Source: an uncultured Clostridia bacterium | GTDB lineage: Bacteria; Bacillota; Clostridia; Christensenellales; UBA1242 | Direction: 5' to 3' | Assembly (NCBI GenBank): GCA_947584775.1 | Contig: CANPWT010000002.1 | Span: forward strand, 1 to 33,214 | Length of the DNA: 33,214 nt | Shown: positions 18,023 through 24,115 of the stretch, one piece after another | Layout of the letters: each line of letters opens with the position of its first letter | Position numbering within the stretch: position 1 is the stretch's first letter | Translations under genes and position numbers: made by a program | The notes under the pieces: model-generated | Database searches by the model: none | What the model was told of the DNA's origin: nothing | The model's input: only the letters and a program-made list of their open reading frames with translations

Positions 18023-18088
18023 TCGCTATATGTAGGAGTTTTATTTTGCAAATAATAAAAATTTTATAAAACATCTGCCATATAGCGA
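18023..18088 (+). promoter_or_regulatory. Candidate antiterminator helix of the tyrS attenuator
   Basis: TCGCTATATG (18023..18032) is perfectly complementary to CATATAGCGA (18079..18088). That segment overlaps the 5' arm of terminator 1. Confidence 0.6.
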
Positions 18089-18109
18089 ATTTGCTTGTGG
18101 CAGTTTTTT
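18075..18109 (+). terminator. Attenuator terminator 1
   Basis: CTGCCATA (18075..18082) pairs with TGTGGCAG (18096..18103) with one G-U pair. An inner AGC/GCT pairing follows, then T6 at 18104..18109. Confidence 0.7.
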
Positions 18110-18115
18110 ATTTCT

Positions 18116-18153
18116 ATCTGTCATGAGCATTAAAACTTATGGCAGATTTTTTT
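18116..18153 (+). terminator. Attenuator terminator 2
   Basis: ATCTGTCAT (18116..18124) pairs with ATGGCAGAT (18139..18147), followed by a T-run to 18153. The 3' arm is also perfectly complementary to 18073..18081. Confidence 0.65.
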
Positions 18154-18257
18154 AATAGGAGTTTATATGATTTTATTTATAAAAACATACGCCCTTTGGG
18201 GCGGGAAAATAATTTGAATTTAATTTTGAAAATTGTATAATTAAAAAGGAGAAGAAC

Positions 18258-19493
18258 ATGGAATTCATAGATAATGCTTTTGAGCAATTAGAAAAACGTG
18301 GATTTGTTTTTCAAACCACGCATTTAGAAGAAACGAAAAAAGCCTTAAAATCAGGGCCTGTGACTTTTTACATTGGCATTGATCCTACGGCTGACGATTT
18401 GCATATTGGTCACTTCTTTGGCTTGCAAATGGCAAGAATTTTGCAAGACTGTGGTCACAAGTGTATTGTGCTTGTTGGCGGTGCCACCGCTTTAATTGGC
18501 GATCCGACAAACAAAACTGATATGAGAAAAATGCTTTCAAAAGAAGAAGTTGCACGAAATGCGCGCGAAATTTCAAGTATAATTAAGCGATTTGTGCGTG
18601 TTGACGGCGACAATCCTGCCATTGTTGTTGACAATGCCGATTGGCTTAAACCTATCTCATACATTGATTTTTTAAGAGATGTTGGCGTGCATTTTAATGT
18701 CAACGAAATGCTGTCAAAAGACCTATACAAAAACAGGCTTGCAAAAGGTGGCTTGACCTTTATGGAAATGGGATACATGCTTATGCAATCTTTTGATTTT
18801 GTGCATTTGAACGACAAGTTTGGCTGCACACTTCAAATTGGCGGATCTGACCAATGGGGAAATATTTGCGGTGGAGTTGATTTGTCACGCAAAATGAATT
18901 TTAAGGACGGAACGCCAAGGCCGCTTATGATGGGTCTTACGTGCCCACTTTTGACAAACGCAGACGGAATTAAAATGGGCAAAACAGAGAAAGGAACACT
19001 TTGGGTGTCCAGAGAAAAGACTTCTGCATTTGAATTCTTTCAACACTTTGTTAACTGCTTGGACGCAGATGTTGAAAGGCTGTTAAGATTTTTTACAAAG
19101 ATTGATGTTGAAGAAATTCAAAAAATGTGCCGTGAAGATATTGTGAGCGCAAAAAAGCGTATGGCTTTTGAAGTGACAAAACTTGTGCATGGGCAGGAAG
19201 AAGCCTTAAAAGCACAACAAGCAGCAATATCTTTGTTTGAAAACAAAAATACAACTGACAATATGCCAACAGAAACCATTTCACTAACAGGTGAAGTGAG
19301 CATAATAGATTTTCTTTCAAGTTTATCAATAATAAAATCAAAGTCCGAGGCACGCCGCCTGATTGAACAAGGCGGGATTATTATTGACAACGAAAAAAAG
19401 ACCGATTTGAACGAGATTTTAAATCTAAATAATAAAAAAGAATTTATTGTTAAAAAAGGCAAAAAGACCTTTGTTAAAGTGCAAATAAAATAA
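18258..19493 (+). CDS. tyrS: Tyrosyl-tRNA synthetase
   Basis: SD AGGAG. HIGH motif (LHIGH), KMSKS-type KMGKT, and a C-terminal S4 domain (SKSEARRLIEQGG). Confidence 0.95.
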   Translation: MEFIDNAFEQLEKRGFVFQTTHLEETKKALKSGPVTFYIGIDPTADDLHIGHFFGLQMARILQDCGHKCIVLVGGATALIGDPTNKTDMRKMLSKEEVARNAREISSIIKRFVRVDGDNPAIVVDNADWLKPISYIDFLRDVGVHFNVNEMLSKDLYKNRLAKGGLTFMEMGYMLMQSFDFVHLNDKFGCTLQIGGSDQWGNICGGVDLSRKMNFKDGTPRPLMMGLTCPLLTNADGIKMGKTEKGTLWVSREKTSAFEFFQHFVNCLDADVERLLRFFTKIDVEEIQKMCREDIVSAKKRMAFEVTKLVHGQEEALKAQQAAISLFENKNTTDNMPTETISLTGEVSIIDFLSSLSIIKSKSEARRLIEQGGIIIDNEKKTDLNEILNLNNKKEFIVKKGKKTFVKVQIK

Positions 19494-19500
19494 AATTAAA

Positions 19501-19528
19501 ACACCCAAAATTGCGTTGGGTGTTTTTT
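19501..19528 (+). terminator. tyrS terminator
   Basis: ACACCCAA-AATTGCG-TTGGGTGT followed by a T-run. Confidence 0.85.
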
Positions 19529-19724
19529 GTAAAAATTGTTGGTAAAGTTAAACGGCCGTTTGTTGGCAAGGGCGGGGAAGAGGGCTATATAAAATTCAAT
19601 ATCGTTTATAAATTTGTATATTTAAACTGTTGCAAATGTAAAAATTGTACTAGGGCATCAACAGGTTTATTTTTAATTTAAATTTTAATAAAATAATAAA
19701 ATTGCTGGCATTATTAAAAAAGAT

Positions 19725-19859
19725 TTATTTTATTTTGGTTTTAATTTGGTTAAGATCTTCTTGATAACCCTTTGTTAAATGTAGGCCGTCAGATGCAAGC
19801 GGGATTTCCAAGCCACGGCTTTGTTCAAATTTGTACCATTTGTCATAATATATAATGGT
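19725..19859 (-). pseudogene. C-terminal fragment of an SGNH/GDSL hydrolase (44 codons, no start)
   Basis: The minus-strand translation TIIYYDKWYKFEQSRGLEIPLASDGLHLTKGYQEDLNQIKTKIK* contains the block V D-x-x-H (DGLH) motif. It is bounded upstream by a stop codon and has no Met. Confidence 0.6.
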
Positions 19860-19939
19860 TTAATTTTTTTTGTTTTTTAGTGTGCGTAATTTTAAACTTC
19901 AACAAGGCAACATTTGTAGGGCAGCGTGTCCAAATATAA

Positions 19940-20620
19940 TTATTTGTTTCTTTCAACCTCTGCCACCATGGAAACGCTAAAACCAGAAATTTTATGGTCG
20001 AGATACAAGTTTAAAATTTTTAAATTAGCGCGTTCAATTTCGCTTGCAAATTCATCTTTCGTTACCATTCTACAAGAGGTTGTGACAACCCGAATTGTAT
20101 CATTGCCAAATTGACGGTCGGTTAGGTCAAATGCCTTTGTTTTGTCCGTTTTTCTAGTTGTGACGCCGTCACCCATAACGATAATAAAGGCCTTTCCGTC
20201 CGGTTTTAGATGATTAAAAATAAATTGTAAAAATTTATGCCTATCTTCATCGTCAACCAGCATATGCAAAACTGCCACCGAATAAATGAAATCGAATTTC
20301 TTGCTAAATTTGTTAGATAAAACATCCATAACAAAAAACGCCTTTTCATTTACTTTTTTTACTTCGGCTTTTTGCTTACACCAATCAATGGCCTCACTAG
20401 ACACATCGCTCGCAATCACATTGTAACCCTGCGAGAGTAAGTAAATTGCGTTTTGCCCCTCGCCACATCCAATTTCTAAGATGGACGAATTTATAGTCGC
20501 CCCATATTTTATTAACAACTTTTCTATTGTGGGGCTGTGCGCTTCACCTGCCCAAGCAAGATTTTTTTCGTTATGAACCTGCCTGTATCTATCGTCATAA
20601 GCCTCATAATATTTTTTCAT
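19940..20620 (-). CDS. Class I SAM-dependent methyltransferase
   Basis: SD GAGGGG. Motif I ILEIGCGEGQNA and an acidic loop at VIASD. Confidence 0.85.
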   Translation of the reverse strand: MKKYYEAYDDRYRQVHNEKNLAWAGEAHSPTIEKLLIKYGATINSSILEIGCGEGQNAIYLLSQGYNVIASDVSSEAIDWCKQKAEVKKVNEKAFFVMDVLSNKFSKKFDFIYSVAVLHMLVDDEDRHKFLQFIFNHLKPDGKAFIIVMGDGVTTRKTDKTKAFDLTDRQFGNDTIRVVTTSCRMVTKDEFASEIERANLKILNLYLDHKISGFSVSMVAEVERNK

Positions 20621-20688
20621 ATTCCCCTCATAAAGAGTATATCAATTATTAAAACAAATTCAAACAAAATTCAACCCAACACCCTTAA

Positions 20689-20877
20689 AAATTCACACCC
20701 GTTTTAAATTCAGGATACAAACAGTTTCCCTTTTGGCATACTATTGGCAATAGTATGCTGGAATATGTTATACAAGCATTAGTAGGACATGAAAAAGGCA
20801 GCAAAGTAACAAAACAAGTGTACACACACTTTAATTTTGAAGATAATTTAACTTATGTAAATAAGTTAGATGATTAA
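20689..20877 (+). pseudogene. 3' fragment of a tyrosine recombinase / phage integrase gene
   Basis: The translation ..FPFWHTIGNSMLEYVIQALVGHEKGSKVTKQVYTHFNFED..* matches the C-terminal R-H-T..LGH..Y-x-H catalytic region. There is no N-terminal part and no start. It ends 100 bp from the 3' end of tRNA-Ser. Confidence 0.65.
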
Positions 20878-20977
20878 AAACTCTACTCAAACTCTACTCA
20901 ATAAAAAAAATGACTTAAATCAATACCGCAACATATAGATTTAAGCCATTATCACCACTACAACATATTGTGTAGTA

Positions 20978-21068
20978 TGGCGGAGAGTGAGGGATTTGAA
21001 CCCTCGCGCGCATTGCTACGCCTACATCCTTAGCAGGGACGCCTCTTCGACCTCTTGAGTAACTCTCC
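20978..21068 (-). tRNA. tRNA-Ser (anticodon GCU), class II with a long variable arm, CCA encoded
   Basis: Reverse complement reads GGAGAGT TA CTCAAGAGGTCGAAGAG G CGTCC CTGCTAA GGATG TAGGCGTAGCAATGCGCGC GAGGG TTCAAAT CCCTC ACTCTCC G CCA. Cloverleaf folded by hand. Confidence 0.93.
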
Positions 21069-21315
21069 ACATCGAAGTATTTAATTATTGTGCTTACTTT
21101 GGTGTTGAATTGCAGTTTCATAGCAATCTCGATTAATGTGGGTAGAATATTTAAACAGTAGGTTAAGCAAGTTTGTGTTGCTATTGTGTTTGAAATTAGG
21201 AACACAATTGCATTTCCATTAATTAGTAAGCATGTAGATTATATCAAATTAATTTTGCTTTGTCAACCCAAAAGTGAGGCAAATTTAATAAATTGTAAAA
21301 AGAAAAAATTTTCAA

Positions 21316-21406
21316 AAATTTTAAAAAATTCACATAAAAACTGCAAAAAAAGCGTGAAATTTAATTTGTTTTTTGAAAAATTTATAAAAAAATTATTAAA
21401 TTTAAT
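21316..21406 (+). repeat. About 90-bp AT-rich direct repeat, copy 1
   Basis: Matches 21665..21755 at roughly 85-90 percent by eye. Contains TTCACA-N17-(C/T)GTGAA. Confidence 0.75.
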
Positions 21407-21664
21407 ATTTATTACGTACATGTTTGCGCTTGAAAAAAGAGTTTAAAAAAATTTTTAAAAGGGAAAATTTTGGAGTATATATAATTTTGGGTAGAGTGGA
21501 AAACTAAACTTAAAAAACCAAATATTTATCATGTTGTAAAATAAATTGCTTAGAAACTTTTTGATAGATTATGATTAAATTGTGCAATTATTATTGCAAA
21601 ATCTTTATACAAGGAAATACTAAATGAAAAATTGATGCCAATAATGTCTACTATCAAATACATA

Positions 21665-21755
21665 AAATTTTAAAAAATTCACATAAAAACTGTAAAAAAG
21701 TGTGAAATTTAATGCATTTTTTGAAAAATTTATAAAAAAATTAAATAATTTTAAT
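21665..21755 (+). repeat. About 90-bp AT-rich direct repeat, copy 2
   Basis: See copy 1. Contains a perfect TTCACA..TGTGAA inverted pair. A partial third copy lies at 31421..31446. Confidence 0.75.
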
Positions 21756-21897
21756 GTTTTGAATTAATTTGGACGGCAAATAAGGTTTTTAAAATTTATG
21801 TTTTAATCAATTTTTTAATTTTAAAATTTCTATATTATGGAAATTTATTTTTGAATATTCGGCCAAAGTTTACACAAAATAACAATGGAGGTGCTAA

Positions 21898-22062
21898 ATG
21901 TCTAAAAACAATCAATGGCGTCCTGGTGAGGAAGTCCCTAAGTCTGCTACTTATGTAGCATATGACGCAGAAGGGCACAATGGCGGTAGTTTGTACCTTG
22001 AAAAAGGTAAAAGATTCCCTGCCACCCAAAATTCAGGAAGTTATTATACATTAGGTAAATAG
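21898..22062 (+). CDS. YjzC-like small protein (54 aa), not in the supplied ORF track
   Basis: SD GGAGGTG. MSKNNQWRPGEEVPKSATYVAYDAEGHNGGSLYLEKGKRFPATQNSGSYYTLGK fits the YjzC pattern (PGE.aP..G.Y......G.......l.kG.rFP.t). A terminator follows. Confidence 0.7.
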   Translation: MSKNNQWRPGEEVPKSATYVAYDAEGHNGGSLYLEKGKRFPATQNSGSYYTLGK

Positions 22063-22070
22063 TATCTATC

Positions 22071-22096
22071 AAAAAAGGGCCATCAGGCTCTTTTTT
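22071..22096. terminator. Terminator with A-run and T-run flanks
   Basis: A6-GGGCC-ATCA-GGCTC-T6. Confidence 0.6.
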
Positions 22097-22171
22097 ATTT
22101 AAACCATAAATATAAATACCATTAATTAGATAAGCAAAATTTAAAAGATAAAATATTTTATTATAAAATAT

Positions 22172-22199
22172 TTACAAATTTGGCGAATTATGATATATT
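22172..22199 (+). promoter_or_regulatory. Promoter with the -10 positioned 6 nt upstream of the ATG at 22206; candidate leaderless start
   Basis: TTACAA, 16 nt, TGaTATATT, ACAAAC, ATG. Nearly identical to 32257..32284. Confidence 0.55.
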
Positions 22200-22205
22200 A
22201 CAAAC

Positions 22206-24050
22206 ATGATTAGTGAAACAAAAACGAATGAAATAAACATTAAAAATAAAAAGTTTAATTTTTGGCAATATTTTAAACCTTACAAAGGCTTAATTTTTTT
22301 AATGCTCTTATTTGAAGTTTGGTTTATGTTCTCTTCAGTTTTTACAACTCTTTTTTCAGCACACGCAATTCAAGACATAACTTATGGTCTATTTTTAGAC
22401 GCAATACGCAAATTTGTAATAATAGCCTGCGTGCAAATAATTAATGGAATAATAAATTTTTTTTACAATAGACTGTGGTACAAATTTCAATTAAAAGTTA
22501 CAAAAGCGATGAGTTTTGATATTGTTCAACAATCCTTTTTAATTTCTTCCAAGGCGTATGCCGACCATAGCACTGCAAACTTTTTAAAAAGAATTGATAC
22601 CGATCCACAAACAATTTTTGGTGCATTAACTAGTTTTGTTGGACATGTTGCGAGCGTTATAACTAGTGTTATTGTCATTGGTTACATTGTTTATCTTAAC
22701 TTTATAATTGGCTTAGTTATTGTTGGTTTGATAGTAATTTGCGGATTAATTGAGACCTATCGCAAACGCAAAATTAAAGCAATGAGAAAAGAGTATTACA
22801 AGCGAGAAGAAAAATATTCTAGTTTGTTAAACGAATCGGTTAGAAGTGAAAAAGATGTTAAATCTTTAAACTTGGAAAAAGAATTAAAACGCAGCATCGA
22901 AGGCAGTTTTGACAATTATCATAATTATAGAATTAAAACGAATATTACTAACGATAGATTATATTTCTTAAGGCAAGTCATACGAGATGTTTTGAGTTGT
23001 GTGGCGCTAGTTTTGGGCGTGTATTTTATGAGTTTAACTTGGCTAACCCTTGCATCATTTTTAATTATACAGCAAAATAGATCATATATATTCAATTTAA
23101 TTACTGCGTATGAAAATTTGGCTGGAAACATTGCAGATATTAAATTGGCGGTGGAACGCATAAGTGAACTTTATCAGGACGACGAATATGAAATTGAAAA
23201 ATTTGGCAAGGTAAAACGCAATAAGATTGTTGGCAAAATTGAATTTAAAAATGTGGCATTTAGTTACACCGAATATAAGCAGCGTGGCGAAAAGGAAATT
23301 AAGGCGGAAAAGCGTGCCAACAAACGCAACAAAATTAAAGCGACAGTGCCAACAAGAGTTGAAATTGGCAAAACACAAGTGTTTGAAAATTTGTCCTTTA
23401 CTATAGAGCCAAACACAACAGTGGCCTTTGTGGGCAAATCGGGCAGCGGAAAATCTACAATTCTAAATTTAATTTCCAAAATGTATTTAGTGGATGGCGG
23501 AAAAATTACACTAGATGGGGTTAATATCAACAATTTAGATAAACAAACACTGCGTTCTTCCATTGCGTTGGTGAATCAGTTCCCATATATTTTTGACATG
23601 ACAATTAAAGAAAATTTGCTGCTTGCAAAACCGGATGCAACCGATGAAGAATTAAACCAGGTTATTAAAGATAGCGCACTTGACGAATTTATTTCCACAC
23701 TAACAAATGGGCTGGACACAAGGGTAGGCGAAAGCGGAATAAAACTTAGCGGTGGACAAAAACAACGCCTTGCAATAGCTCGCGCATTGCTTAAAAAATC
23801 GAGCATAATTTTGTTTGACGAAAGCACAAGTTCGCTAGATAATCTTGCGCAAAACCACATCAAACAAAGCATAGATAACATTAAGGGTAAATCTACAATT
23901 GTAATAGTTGCGCACAGGTTGACAACCATTAAAAATGTGGATAAAATTTTCTACCTAGAAGAAGGCAAAATTGTGGACACCGGCACGTTTGAAGAATTGT
24001 ATAAACGCAACAAAAATTTTAAAACCATGTTTTTGGCGGAGAATATATAA
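22206..24050 (+). CDS. ABC exporter half-transporter (fused TMD-NBD, MsbA/bacteriocin-exporter type)
   Basis: Six predicted TM helices in the N-terminal half. Walker A GKSGSGKST, signature LSGGQKQR, Walker B ILFDEST. Confidence 0.92.
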   Translation: MISETKTNEINIKNKKFNFWQYFKPYKGLIFLMLLFEVWFMFSSVFTTLFSAHAIQDITYGLFLDAIRKFVIIACVQIINGIINFFYNRLWYKFQLKVTKAMSFDIVQQSFLISSKAYADHSTANFLKRIDTDPQTIFGALTSFVGHVASVITSVIVIGYIVYLNFIIGLVIVGLIVICGLIETYRKRKIKAMRKEYYKREEKYSSLLNESVRSEKDVKSLNLEKELKRSIEGSFDNYHNYRIKTNITNDRLYFLRQVIRDVLSCVALVLGVYFMSLTWLTLASFLIIQQNRSYIFNLITAYENLAGNIADIKLAVERISELYQDDEYEIEKFGKVKRNKIVGKIEFKNVAFSYTEYKQRGEKEIKAEKRANKRNKIKATVPTRVEIGKTQVFENLSFTIEPNTTVAFVGKSGSGKSTILNLISKMYLVDGGKITLDGVNINNLDKQTLRSSIALVNQFPYIFDMTIKENLLLAKPDATDEELNQVIKDSALDEFISTLTNGLDTRVGESGIKLSGGQKQRLAIARALLKKSSIILFDESTSSLDNLAQNHIKQSIDNIKGKSTIVIVAHRLTTIKNVDKIFYLEEGKIVDTGTFEELYKRNKNFKTMFLAENI

Positions 24051-24080
24051 TTTTTAAGAAATAAAATTAGGCTTTAAGCA

Positions 24081-24109
24081 TTGCAAAAAATTGCAAATTG
24101 TTGTATAAT
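24081..24109 (+). promoter_or_regulatory. Promoter with TATAAT positioned 6 nt upstream of the ATG at 24116; candidate leaderless start
   Basis: TTGCAA (24081..24086), 17 nt, TATAAT (24104..24109), TTTGTT, ATG. Confidence 0.5.
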
Positions 24110-24115
24110 TTTGTT

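Noticed and set aside
18167-18217. Second mini-ORF in the tyrS leader (MILFIKTYALWGGKII) with SD AGGAG
   Set aside because: It has only one Tyr codon and no obvious link to the hairpins, so it may be a chance ORF. It is kept out of the feature list but is worth checking for conservation.
17838-18257. T-box riboswitch expected upstream of tyrS
   Set aside because: No GGGTGGNACC-type T-box sequence, specifier-loop context or AG-bulge/GNUGGA elements were found by eye. The leader-peptide architecture fits better. This still needs an Infernal check.
20880-20901. The 11-bp tandem repeat as an att site
   Set aside because: It does not match the tRNA-Ser 3' end in the expected orientation. It is recorded only as context for the island remnant.
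20915-21205. 96-aa minus-strand ORF
   Set aside because: It is a translation through the tRNA-Ser gene.
21186-21446. 86-aa Lys-rich ORF
   Set aside because: It has a non-ATG start, a low-complexity AT-rich translation, and spans direct-repeat copy 1.
21835-22029. 64-aa minus-strand ORF
   Set aside because: It is antisense to the better-supported YjzC-like gene (SD, family-like sequence, terminator).
24098-24115. TTG start for addB; also the longer track starts for cadC (9325), the LD-carboxypeptidase (15761) and the 11875 gene (12396)
   Set aside because: In each case the extension begins at a non-ATG codon and runs through the promoter or SD of a downstream ATG that has proper signals.
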